Of a stretch of DNA of 32,000 nt, positions 8,769-17,875 are shown one piece after another. A program made the position numbers and the translations under genes. This DNA is from Pseudodesulfovibrio piezophilus C1TLV30 (GTDB lineage: Bacteria; Desulfobacterota; Desulfovibrionia; Desulfovibrionales; Desulfovibrionaceae), in contig NC_020409.1 in NCBI RefSeq assembly GCF_000341895.1, positions 930,001 to 962,000 on the forward strand, given 5' to 3'. Below the pieces are notes generated by a model. The model ran no database searches. It was given only the letters and a program-made list of their open reading frames with translations, and had not been told where the DNA came from. Positions within the stretch are counted from its first letter, which is position 1; each line of letters begins with the position of its first letter.

Positions 8769-11700
8769 TTATTCGCCGTAGTATTTCTGGAGGCTCTGGA
8801 CCTTGAGGCCATTCTCCCTCAGTTCATGGATGGCCTGGACTACAGCCCGGGCGCCCGACACCGTGGTGGTGTAGGGAATGTCGTACAACAGTGTATTCTG
8901 GCGGATCATTTTGGCATCCCCCACGGTTTTTTTGCCGGAGGGAGTGTTGATGACCAGATCGAAATCCCCATTCTTGATATGATCGACCACATGAGGCCGC
9001 TGTCCTTCGTGGACCTTGTGAACCTTATTAACCTTGATTCCTTTCTCAATCAGAAAATCAGCGGTTCCACCTGTGGCTGCAACCTTGAATCCCATGGCTT
9101 CGAAGTCTCTGGCGACCAGAACGAGCTTGGATTTATCCCAATCATTCACCGAAATGAAAACCGTCCCTTCGGTCGGTAATTTTTGCCCGGCTGCTAACTG
9201 TGATTTCATATAGGCCAGCCCAAAACTGGGGTCGATCCCCATGACTTCTCCGGTCGAACGCATTTCAGGTCCGAGCAGAACATCCACATTGGGGAATCGG
9301 TTAAATGGGAATACGGATTCCTTGACAGAGACATGCCCTCTCTTGCGCATGGCAGCTGGTTTGAGATCCTTGAGCTTCTCTCCGAGCATAACCCTGGTGG
9401 CAAGCTTGGCAAGCGGCACTCCGGTTGCCTTTGAAACAAACGGCACAGTTCTGGATGCGCGGGGGTTGACCTCGATGATATACACTTCACCATCTTTGAT
9501 GGCGAACTGCACATTCATCAATCCGACCACACCAAGCTCCATGGCCATGGCAATAGTCTGCCTCTCAATCTCTCGCACCATTTCAGCGCTCAGACTATAT
9601 GGAGGAAGCACGGAAGCCGAGTCGCCGGAATGAATTCCCGCCTCCTCGATATGCTCCATGACGCCGCCGATATAGACCTCTTCACCATCTGCCAAAGCAT
9701 CCACATCAACCTCAATGGCGTATTCGAGAAACTTGTCGATGAGGGTCGGATGCTCAGGCGAAACCCGAGCAGAAGACCGAAAGTATTCTTCAAACTCATC
9801 CATGGTATAGACGATGTCCATGCCACGGCCCCCCAGGACATATGAGGGACGAAGCACCACTGGAAAGCCTATTTTTTCAGCAACTTCGCGAGCTTCAACC
9901 ATTGACATAGCCGTACCGTTCGATGGTTGCCGGAGGTGTAATTTATTCAGGAATTGCTTGAACCGCTCCCGATCCTCAGCGCGATCAATGGCATCCGGAC
10001 TGGTGCCAATGAGAGGCACTCCCGCATTCATCAACCGAATTGCGAGGTTGAGTGGAGTCTGTCCGCCAAATTGCACGATGACTCCGTCAGGCTTCTCAAA
10101 TTCCAGGATATTCATCACATCCTCGAAAGTCAGTGGCTCAAAGTACAGCTTGTCAGACGTGTCGTAATCCGTGGAGACGGTCTCGGGGTTGGAGTTAACC
10201 ATAATGGACTGCACGCCCATCTCTTTCAAGGTAAAAGAAGAATGACAGCAGCAGTAGTCAAACTCAATCCCCTGTCCGATCCGGTTGGGTCCACCACCCA
10301 GAATGACCACCTTCTTGACATCATCGCGCGTATTTTCCTGCCCAGTCTCGTAGGTGGAGTAATAATACGGAGTATATGCCTCAAACTCGGCAGCGCATGT
10401 ATCCACAAGATAGTATGTCGGGACAATACCCAATTCCTTGCGCAGAGATCGAATAGCATCTTCACCAACCTTCCACATGGCAGAAAGTTGGGGATCGGAA
10501 TAGCCAAACTCCTTGGCCTTCCTAAGCATCTCGGCCATACCTTCTGATTCGCAGCTTACACCTTCCTTCTTTCCGAAAGCCACAAGCTCCTTTTCCATCT
10601 CAAAAAGCTCAATAAACTGACGCAGGAACCACGGATCAATTTGAGTAGCCTCGAAGACCTCATCTTCAGTCATGCCGCAACGCAGGGCATTCCGCACGGC
10701 AAATATCCGTTCGGAATTAGGGCGACGCAACAATCTCAGGATTTCATTCTTGTCGATATCACACGTATCAAACCTTTTCCCTAGGCCGATATGCCCAGTC
10801 TCAAGAGAGCGCAGTCCTTTCTGGAGCGCTTCCTTGAAGGTCCGCCCGATGGCCATGGTCTCACCCACGGACTTCATAGCAGTTGTCAAATAATCTTCGG
10901 TTCCCGGAAATTTTTCAAAGGTAAATCTGGGAATCTTGATCACGCAGTAGTCAATGGCCGGTTCAAAAGAGGCCATGGTTTCGCGCGTAATATCATTGGG
11001 AATCTCGTCGAGCGTATATCCGACTGCGAGTTTCGCCGCTATTTTTGCAATAGGAAATCCCGTGGCCTTGGAGGCCAAAGCCGAAGACCGGGAAACCCGA
11101 GGGTTCATTTCAATGATTATGATTTCGCCATTTTCCGGATTGATGGCAAACTGGACATTACTGCCCCCGGTCTCAACACCAATCTCACGCATGACGGCAA
11201 GGGAGGCATTCCGCAAAGCCTGATATTCATCGTCACTTAGAGTCTGGGCAGGAGCAACGGTTATGGAATCGCCAGTATGAACTCCCATGGGATCAAGGTT
11301 CTCAATAGAACAGATGATCACACAGTTATCCTTTTTATCGCGCATAACCTCAAGCTCATACTCTTTCCACCCGAGGATGGAACGTTCAAGCATGATCTCA
11401 CTTTTCATGGACAGGGCCAAGCCGTTGGAACAGATATCCTCAAGCTCTTCCATGTTGTAGGCTACACCACCACCCGAACCACCTAACGTATAAGCAGGGC
11501 GGACAATAATCGGGAACGGAATCTTCTGCCCCCATTCGCGCACATCATCCATCGTGCGGCAGATACCGGCCTGCGGCATGGATAAACCGATGTTCTCCAT
11601 GGCCTCGCGGAATTCTTCCCGACTCTCGGCCTTGTTGATGACCGGGATATCCGCCCCGATAAGCTCAACTTCAAACTTCTCGAGAACGCCCATTTCAGCA

Positions 11701-12005
11701 AGGGCAAGGGCTGTATTCAACCCTGTTTGCCCCCCTAAAGTCGGCAAAAGAGCGTCGGGACGCTCTTTTTCAATAATTCGGGCAACAGTTTCCGGTTCTA
11801 TGGGCTCGATGTACGTCGCATCCGCCAACTCGGGGTCCGTCATGATCGAAGCGGGGTTGGAATTGACAAGGACAACTTCGTACCCTTCTTCTTTAAGCGC
11901 CTTGAGCGCCTGGGTGCCGGAGTAGTCGAATTCACAAGCCTGGCCAATGACAATGGGGCCGGAGCCGATCAACATGATCTTCTTGATATCTGTGCGTTTG
12001 GGCAT
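8769..12005 (-). CDS. carB: Carbamoyl-phosphate synthase large subunit
   Basis: 1078 aa. [33 protein letters not shown], duplicated ATP-grasp halves, and a C-terminal MGS-like domain. Confidence 0.96.
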   Translation of the reverse strand: MPKRTDIKKIMLIGSGPIVIGQACEFDYSGTQALKALKEEGYEVVLVNSNPASIMTDPELADATYIEPIEPETVARIIEKERPDALLPTLGGQTGLNTALALAEMGVLEKFEVELIGADIPVINKAESREEFREAMENIGLSMPQAGICRTMDDVREWGQKIPFPIIVRPAYTLGGSGGGVAYNMEELEDICSNGLALSMKSEIMLERSILGWKEYELEVMRDKKDNCVIICSIENLDPMGVHTGDSITVAPAQTLSDDEYQALRNASLAVMREIGVETGGSNVQFAINPENGEIIIIEMNPRVSRSSALASKATGFPIAKIAAKLAVGYTLDEIPNDITRETMASFEPAIDYCVIKIPRFTFEKFPGTEDYLTTAMKSVGETMAIGRTFKEALQKGLRSLETGHIGLGKRFDTCDIDKNEILRLLRRPNSERIFAVRNALRCGMTEDEVFEATQIDPWFLRQFIELFEMEKELVAFGKKEGVSCESEGMAEMLRKAKEFGYSDPQLSAMWKVGEDAIRSLRKELGIVPTYYLVDTCAAEFEAYTPYYYSTYETGQENTRDDVKKVVILGGGPNRIGQGIEFDYCCCHSSFTLKEMGVQSIMVNSNPETVSTDYDTSDKLYFEPLTFEDVMNILEFEKPDGVIVQFGGQTPLNLAIRLMNAGVPLIGTSPDAIDRAEDRERFKQFLNKLHLRQPSNGTAMSMVEAREVAEKIGFPVVLRPSYVLGGRGMDIVYTMDEFEEYFRSSARVSPEHPTLIDKFLEYAIEVDVDALADGEEVYIGGVMEHIEEAGIHSGDSASVLPPYSLSAEMVREIERQTIAMAMELGVVGLMNVQFAIKDGEVYIIEVNPRASRTVPFVSKATGVPLAKLATRVMLGEKLKDLKPAAMRKRGHVSVKESVFPFNRFPNVDVLLGPEMRSTGEVMGIDPSFGLAYMKSQLAAGQKLPTEGTVFISVNDWDKSKLVLVARDFEAMGFKVAATGGTADFLIEKGIKVNKVHKVHEGQRPHVVDHIKNGDFDLVINTPSGKKTVGDAKMIRQNTLLYDIPYTTTVSGARAVVQAIHELRENGLKVQSLQKYYGE

Positions 12006-12385
12006 TTTTTTATTGGAAAGAGTTGAAGTTACGGCATTTTTTCAGGTCGGGAAAAACAATCCGCTCTTCCGTTCGGGTAGGCAACGCCGCCACCCCCCAA
12101 ACAAGCTGTTTACATATAGGGTTCTCTCCCCGAACGCAACGTAAAAACATGCTCTTGCCCGGACTGCCTCAAGTTTCAACCTCTTCAACCCGCTTGAATT
12201 CTTCCTCTGCCCGTACAAACGGCATGGCCAGACCTTTCCTTTCTTACCCTAGAATCTTTACTGAGCAGTAAAATACACAAGACAGAATTCATAGACTCGC
12301 CAACCGTCCAGATTTTTGGCTTCTTTGACTACAAAAAGTCACATGAACATCAGTCAATTTTTTTACTGAATCGTCACATTCTTCG

Positions 12386-12415
12386 TTGACACTATCGAAA
12401 TTGAATTTTATTCTC
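12386..12415 (+). promoter_or_regulatory. Candidate sigma70-type promoter of the feoA-like gene, overlapped by an AT-rich imperfect palindrome (Fur-box-like)
   Basis: TTGACA at 12386-12391, a 17-nt spacer, then TATTCT at 12409-12414. GAAATTgAATTTT (12397-12409) is an imperfect inverted repeat. I count 12/19 matches to the classical Fur box. Confidence 0.3.
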
Positions 12416-12446
12416 AACGCCTGCCAAACATTGAGAGGAATCTTGA

Positions 12447-12728
12447 ATGACTACAAAACCGCTTAGTTCCTACCCTCAGGGAAGCACTGTACGAATTGCA
12501 AATATTCAGGGAGGACAAAAAGCCCGATCCAGAATGCTCGCAATGGGTATGACCCCAGGCTGCCCAATCCAAGTACTCGCTGAAGATTCCAACGGCTACA
12601 AAGTCCGAGTAAGGGGTGCTGACATAGTCCTTTGCTGTCGGATGGCAAGCAAAATCATGGCGGTGGAGAGCAGCGAATCTGATTTAACCTGCTCTTGCTG
12701 CCCAAATCCACACAGCAAAGCTTCCTAA
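12447..12728 (+). CDS. FeoA-domain protein with a Cys-rich C-terminal tail
   Basis: GSTVRIANIQGGQKARSRMLAMGMTPGCPIQVLAEDSNGYKVRVRGADIVL matches the FeoA SH3-like pattern. GAGAGGA Shine-Dalgarno (SD) lies 7 nt before the ATG. The tail contains LCC and CSCCPNPH. Confidence 0.7.
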   Translation: MTTKPLSSYPQGSTVRIANIQGGQKARSRMLAMGMTPGCPIQVLAEDSNGYKVRVRGADIVLCCRMASKIMAVESSESDLTCSCCPNPHSKAS

Positions 12729-12802
12729 CCTCCCTTCCTTTTCACTTTCAGGAGAGCAAGCACTCAAACGAGGGGACATCGACCACACTGAAAAAACCAA
12801 AG

Positions 12803-12828
12803 CCAACGAACGGCGACGTTGGTTTTTT
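12803..12828 (+). terminator. Rho-independent terminator after the feoA-like gene
   Basis: CCAACG (12803-12808) pairs with CGTTGG (12817-12822), followed by TTTTTT. An A-run upstream makes it look bidirectional. Confidence 0.55.
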
Positions 12829-12947
12829 CATTTTATCCGTGCCAATTCCACCACCATTTCATTCATAACATGAAAGCATAATTATACTTGAATCAATTCC
12901 ATCTCGAGTGGTAGTGTCTCATTTAACCACTGGAGGAACATTGAATC

Positions 12948-13898
12948 ATGTCCGAGACCATAAAAATCGGCGTCAGTGCGTGTGTATTAGGTGAAAAAGT
13001 TCGTTATGACGGCAGTCATGAACGAGACCTGTACCTCACTGAAACATTGGCAAAATATGTCGAATTCATACCATTCTGTCCCGAGATAGCCTGTGGCATG
13101 AGTGTCCCCCGCGAAAAGGTCAGACAAATTGACTGCGGCGGTAAGATAAAACTCATTGGTCAAGACAGCGGTGAGGATTGGTCGGATCGCATGGACAGGT
13201 GGTGCACAAAGGTCCTGCCGGGTCTGGAATCTGAAAAACTCAGTGGCTTTGTGTTCCGGAGCCGCTCTCCCTCCTGTGCATTGAGGCAAAGCACAATATT
13301 CTCCACCACAGGAAAACCACCCAAAAAAGGCCCTGGTTTTTTCGCTTCCCGCGCCATAAAAATGTTTCCCCTCTTTCCTGTTGAAGCCAGTGAGCGGTTG
13401 CACAACCCTCTTTTAAGGGAAAATTTCATCCGACGAGTTTTCGTCTTTTCCCGATGGCAACGACTCGAATCCAAAGGCAAAAAGATTGGTGAACTTGTTG
13501 ATTTTCATAACCGCCACAAGATGATCATCAGGTCCCATGACTTACGCGGATATCGCCAATTGGGAAAGCTGTTTGGAGAAAGTTCTGTCTTCAACAATGA
13601 AGAAATTTTTGATGCATACTCAAGCCTGCTCTTCAAATCCTTGTCGCTCAAAGCAACGCCCAAAAAAAATGCCGAAGTTCTCAAGCATGCATTACGCTTT
13701 ATCCAAAAAGATCTGCCTAAAGATGACTCCAGTGAACTGCTTGGGATGATCAATGCATATAAGAGTGGACGTATTCCCCTTCTGGTTCCAATTACAATCA
13801 TCAACCACTATGCCCGTAAACTCGATCAATCCTATCTCAGGCAACAGTACTTCCTCAACCCGCACCCATCGGAACTCAAGCTGCTCAACCACGTCTAG
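12948..13898 (+). CDS. DUF523 (TudS/YbbK-like Fe-S) + DUF1722 (YbgA-like) fusion protein, paralog 1
   Basis: KIGVSACVLGEKVRYDG, FCPEIACGMSVPRE and RSRSPSC form the DUF523 three-Cys pattern. The C-terminal half (FHNRHKMIIRSHD...NHYARKLDQSYLRQQYFLNPHP) is YbgA-like. GGAGGA SD lies upstream. Confidence 0.8.
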   Translation: MSETIKIGVSACVLGEKVRYDGSHERDLYLTETLAKYVEFIPFCPEIACGMSVPREKVRQIDCGGKIKLIGQDSGEDWSDRMDRWCTKVLPGLESEKLSGFVFRSRSPSCALRQSTIFSTTGKPPKKGPGFFASRAIKMFPLFPVEASERLHNPLLRENFIRRVFVFSRWQRLESKGKKIGELVDFHNRHKMIIRSHDLRGYRQLGKLFGESSVFNNEEIFDAYSSLLFKSLSLKATPKKNAEVLKHALRFIQKDLPKDDSSELLGMINAYKSGRIPLLVPITIINHYARKLDQSYLRQQYFLNPHPSELKLLNHV

Positions 13899-13907
13899 GA
13901 GCTTACC

Positions 13908-14864
13908 ATGGAAACGAAAATCAAGATTGGCATCAGCGCATGCCTTTTAGGTGAAAATGTCCGGTACGATGGGCAGAATGCCTTGGCTCGCCATATCACG
14001 GGGCCATTGGCGGAGTATCTTGATTTTTATCCAATATGCCCGGAGGTTGGCTGTGGTATGGGAGTACCGCGAGAGCCTGTCCGCCTGGTAGGGACACTGG
14101 AAAACAACAAGCTCATGGGACGAGAAAGTGGCAAAGACTGGACTGGGATTATGCGCACTTGGGCAGAAAAAACACTGCCACAAATAGAGGAAAAACAGCT
14201 CTGCGGTTTCATATTCAAGGCAAAATCGCCCTCCAGCGGCATGTGCAGAATAAAAATCTACCCCGAAGAAGGCGGGCAACCAAACAGCTATGCTGGAACC
14301 GGTCTCTTTGCGGGCATGCTCATGGAGCGCTATCCGCTCTTGCCTGTGGAGGACGAGGGGCGACTCCATGACATTGTACTCCGTGGCAATTTCATTGAAC
14401 GCCTGTTCGTGGAGCACAGATGGAACAAAATGCTTGCATCAGGCAGAAATATGAAAAACATCATCGATTTTCATTCCCGACACAAAATGCTTATCCGTTC
14501 CCATGACGTCACGCTGTATCGCGCTCTGGGAAAACTTGTTGGTGAAGGAAAGCACATGGGGCTTGAGAAACTCTTTGAAAGCTATCATGCTCTCATGAGC
14601 ACTGCCCTGGCAAAAAAACCGACCATCAAAAAAAATGTTGATGTTCTCATGCATATAATGGGTTATTTCAAAAAACTGCTGACAACAGACGAAAAAAAAG
14701 AATGCCTCGAACTTATCGGGAATTACAAGACCAATCTTCTACCGCTTATCGTCCCCGTTACGCTCATGAACCATTACGTACGTAAGTATGATGTCGCCTA
14801 TCTGAATGAGCAATATTACCTGAATCCCCATCCACTCGAGCTGAAATTGCGAAACCATGCATAA
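13908..14864 (+). CDS. DUF523 + DUF1722 fusion protein, paralog 2
   Basis: Same architecture, 9 nt downstream of paralog 1, and roughly 40-45% identical by eye. KIGISACLLGENVRYDG and ICPEVGCGMGVPRE are present, but the third motif reads KAKSPSSGMC. Confidence 0.8.
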   Translation: METKIKIGISACLLGENVRYDGQNALARHITGPLAEYLDFYPICPEVGCGMGVPREPVRLVGTLENNKLMGRESGKDWTGIMRTWAEKTLPQIEEKQLCGFIFKAKSPSSGMCRIKIYPEEGGQPNSYAGTGLFAGMLMERYPLLPVEDEGRLHDIVLRGNFIERLFVEHRWNKMLASGRNMKNIIDFHSRHKMLIRSHDVTLYRALGKLVGEGKHMGLEKLFESYHALMSTALAKKPTIKKNVDVLMHIMGYFKKLLTTDEKKECLELIGNYKTNLLPLIVPVTLMNHYVRKYDVAYLNEQYYLNPHPLELKLRNHA

Positions 14865-14867
14865 ACA

Positions 14868-15650
14868 TCAGACATGAAGAGAAGCTTCCGGCTCAAGGAT
14901 AAGAGGCACTCCCCTCACGTCCCCCCCACTCTCCAGCCATGCCCGGATTTCCCGTCGGTTCCGGGATACTACAGGAGGCGGACAGTCATAAGCGGCCTGC
15001 TCAAGCAACCCCGCCGCCATATCTGGATAATGCTTGACGGCGCTAAGGCAGGCCAAGAGATTCAAACAAAGAGTATTCATAGGAAATCCGAGTGTCATGG
15101 CTTTTCCCAAAGGAAGCATGACCTCACGATATCGGCGGGCTTTGTAGTATGCCACAGCCAGTTCGAAATGGACTGCATGGACATCTGGCAGCAAGGTGGC
15201 CACTCTCTCCCTTTCAGCGACGGAATAGGTCCATTCATCGCGAGAAGTCCACACTCCACCAATTGAACACAACCTCACAGCGAACCCGAACTTTCTCACG
15301 CGGGAAACGACCTCGCCTATGCCCACTGAGGGGAGAAAAAAATCGAGCCGTTGACAACCAGCCAACCTCATTTCTTGCAAGAGTTCACAGGATGGCTCTT
15401 GGTTCAACCGCGCTGTCCAAAGTATGTTGACTCCCGCTTCTCGTAAGGCCGCACACAACTGAAGACCATACTCATTATCCGAAAAGATCTCCCGATCTTC
15501 GAAAGTGAACACTTTGAGACATGTGCTCCGAATGGACTCAAGAACTTCTTCGAGCGTCAGTACCTGTCCTTCACGAAACACGCCAACACACGACTCTCCC
15601 CATGGCCCATTTTTCCCGCTGGGCTGAGGAGACATGACGTCAATATACAT
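14868..15650 (-). CDS. Hypothetical protein with a degenerate radical-SAM-like barrel segment plus a helical (TPR-like) C-terminus
   Basis: The ORF runs 14868..15710, where the first codon is TTG. ATG at 15650 (MYIDV..) has a weak GGGGTGG SD. KVFTFEDREIFSDNEYGLQLCAALREAGVNILWTARLNQEPSCELLQEMRLAGCQRLDFFLPS resembles the mid-part of B12-type radical SAM enzymes. No CxxxCxxC motif is present. Confidence 0.5.
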   Translation of the reverse strand: MYIDVMSPQPSGKNGPWGESCVGVFREGQVLTLEEVLESIRSTCLKVFTFEDREIFSDNEYGLQLCAALREAGVNILWTARLNQEPSCELLQEMRLAGCQRLDFFLPSVGIGEVVSRVRKFGFAVRLCSIGGVWTSRDEWTYSVAERERVATLLPDVHAVHFELAVAYYKARRYREVMLPLGKAMTLGFPMNTLCLNLLACLSAVKHYPDMAAGLLEQAAYDCPPPVVSRNRREIRAWLESGGDVRGVPLILEPEASLHV

Positions 15651-15757
15651 ATTCCACCCCGGATCGTCTGTTTTTTGGCGTAATGACGAATCCGGGATGG
15701 AGGTATACAAAGACCATGCCGAATAACAGGACTCCCGCCACTTTCAGATTCCATCGC

Positions 15758-15801
15758 AAAAAAACTCAAACTCCCACTAGTCGGGAATTTGAGTTTTTTT
15801 T
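15758..15801 (-). terminator. Rho-independent terminator downstream of metG
   Basis: AAAAAAACTCAAAcTCCC [actagtc] GGGAaTTTGAGTTTTTTTT forms a long interrupted stem flanked by A7 and T8 runs. The element is bidirectional in form. Confidence 0.6.
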
Positions 15802-15874
15802 ACGATTAAAAAGCAACGGCTTTTTAATTATTTCATCACCCTCAGGCGATGTGATTCTTCATTTTTCAGGGTGA

Positions 15875-17830
15875 CTAGCTAACCTTGCTTCCTGGATCAA
15901 CAGCACCAGATGGAGTCAAAAGTTCCAGACCATCCCCGCTCTTTACAGCCAAAATCATCCCCTGAGAAAGCTGCTTACGAAGTTTGCGAGGTTTCAGGTT
16001 GGCAACAATAACCACTTGTTTATCTACCAAATCATCCGGCGCAAAAGAATCCGCAATTCCAGCCACAACCTGGCGCAACTCTTCTTCTCCGGTATCAACC
16101 CGAACAAGCAGAAGGCGGTCGGCATCGGGATGTTTTTCAACTTCTTTTACTGTGCCGACCCGTAAATCGAGTTTTTGAAAATCCTCGAAATCGATAAATT
16201 CAGTTCCACACTTTTCTTCTTTGGCTTTCTTGCACTTCTTGGCCTTGCCTTTGCTTTTCTCCGCTTGAGGCTTGCAATCTTCCGGTTTCGGCTCCGGCAG
16301 GTCCACCCGTGGGAACAGGTTTGATGTTTCAGCAACAGTATCACCCGATTCAAGCAATCCCCAAACATCTAATTCCTTGGGAAGATTAACCTTTTCAGGA
16401 TCGAAAGTAATGCCGAGTTGGGAGAGCATCTTCTCACTTGCTTCCGGCATAACCGGCCACAAGTGGACTGCTATCTTACGCATATTTTCAAGCAGAACAT
16501 AGATCACAGTGGACAAACGCCCTGTGTTTTCTTCTTTGAAAAGCGTCCATGGAGCAGTGGCATCAATATACTTGTTGAGGCCACGAACTAATTCCCACAA
16601 TCCTTCAAGACCCCTCGAGAATTTCAATTCCAGAAAATTGTCTTGAAAGGATTGCATGGCAATCTGACCAAGCTTTTTGATTTCCGCATCCACCAAGTCT
16701 TCCACATCGGGCCTGGGAATAATACCCTGAAAATACTTGTGGGTCATGGAAAGAGTTCGATTGAAAAGATTACCTAAGTCGTTGGCGAGTTCCGCATTCA
16801 AACGGCCGACAAGGGCTTCTTCAGAAAAGCTCGAATCCTGACCAAATGACATGTCACGCAATAGAAAATACCGAAAGGCATCCAACCCATAAGTATCCTT
16901 CATTGCCAATGGTTCAACAACGTTACCGATAGATTTGGACATTTTGGTATCCTTGACCAGCCAGTAACCATGAACATTCAGAGACTGATACGGTTCAATA
17001 CCTGCTGCCTTCAGCATGGTCGGCCAGAAAATGGCATGTGGCTTGAGGATATCCTTTGCCACGAGATGATTGGCTTTGGGCCAGAACTTCTCGAATTTCT
17101 TTCCATCAGGGTAACCAAGAGCAGAAAGGTAATTGATGAGCGCATCAAACCAGACATACGTGACGTAATCCTTGTCAAAGGGCAGCTCGATTCCCCAAGT
17201 CAAACGAGATTTTGGCCTGGAAATGCACAAATCCTCGAGTTCTCCGGACTCAAGAAGACTCATGACTTCATTCTTGTACCGCTCAGGACGAATGAAATCA
17301 GGATTCTTGTTGATGTGCTCTTTAAGCCACCCTTGATACTTGGACATCTTGAAGAAATAATTCTTTTCGGCGATGTATTCCGGCGTGGTCTGATGATCCG
17401 GGCATTTCCCATCCACCAATTCCTTCTCGGTATAAAAACGCTCACAGCCGAAACAATAGTGCCCACCATATTCACCGAAATAGATATCACCGGAGTCATA
17501 GACTTTCTGAAGGATTGTCTGAACAACTTCGATATGACGAGGCTCGGTGGTCCGAATGAAATCATCATTGGAAATGTTCATGTTGGGCCAAAGATCCTTG
17601 AACAGGGAGCTGATAGTATCCACATACTCCTGCGGGGACTGCCCCTGGGCCTCAGCAGCCTGAACTATCTTGTCACCATGTTCATCCGTTCCGGTGAGAA
17701 AATAGGTCTCCTCGCCCATCAATTTGTGAAACCGAGTCAGAGAGTCGGCAACCGTTGTGGTATACGCATGTCCCAAGTGGGGCTTTGCATTCACATAGTA
17801 AATAGGCGTGGTGATGTAAAAACGTTCCAA
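15875..17830 (-). CDS. metG: Methionine--tRNA ligase with a C-terminal tRNA-binding (Trbp111/EMAP-like) domain
   Basis: YITTPIYYVNAKPHLGHAYTT (HIGH region), KMSKS, a Cys knuckle CFGCERF...CPDH, and a C-terminal DLRVGTVKEVEKHPDADRLLLVRVDTG. I place the start at TTG 17830 (M-ERFYITTP) because AAGGAGA lies 6 nt upstream. The ORF-track start at 17869 is also TTG but has no SD. Confidence 0.93.
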   Translation of the reverse strand: MERFYITTPIYYVNAKPHLGHAYTTTVADSLTRFHKLMGEETYFLTGTDEHGDKIVQAAEAQGQSPQEYVDTISSLFKDLWPNMNISNDDFIRTTEPRHIEVVQTILQKVYDSGDIYFGEYGGHYCFGCERFYTEKELVDGKCPDHQTTPEYIAEKNYFFKMSKYQGWLKEHINKNPDFIRPERYKNEVMSLLESGELEDLCISRPKSRLTWGIELPFDKDYVTYVWFDALINYLSALGYPDGKKFEKFWPKANHLVAKDILKPHAIFWPTMLKAAGIEPYQSLNVHGYWLVKDTKMSKSIGNVVEPLAMKDTYGLDAFRYFLLRDMSFGQDSSFSEEALVGRLNAELANDLGNLFNRTLSMTHKYFQGIIPRPDVEDLVDAEIKKLGQIAMQSFQDNFLELKFSRGLEGLWELVRGLNKYIDATAPWTLFKEENTGRLSTVIYVLLENMRKIAVHLWPVMPEASEKMLSQLGITFDPEKVNLPKELDVWGLLESGDTVAETSNLFPRVDLPEPKPEDCKPQAEKSKGKAKKCKKAKEEKCGTEFIDFEDFQKLDLRVGTVKEVEKHPDADRLLLVRVDTGEEELRQVVAGIADSFAPDDLVDKQVVIVANLKPRKLRKQLSQGMILAVKSGDGLELLTPSGAVDPGSKVS

Positions 17831-17875
17831 ACCAAATCTCCTTGTCCCACCCCCCGGTATGAGGAGCAAGAACGT

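Noticed and set aside
11947-12271. ORFs 11947..12144 and 12023..12271 in the carB upstream region
   Set aside because: They have no SD and give R/S/P-rich products. One overlaps the carB start. I treat them as non-coding spacer.
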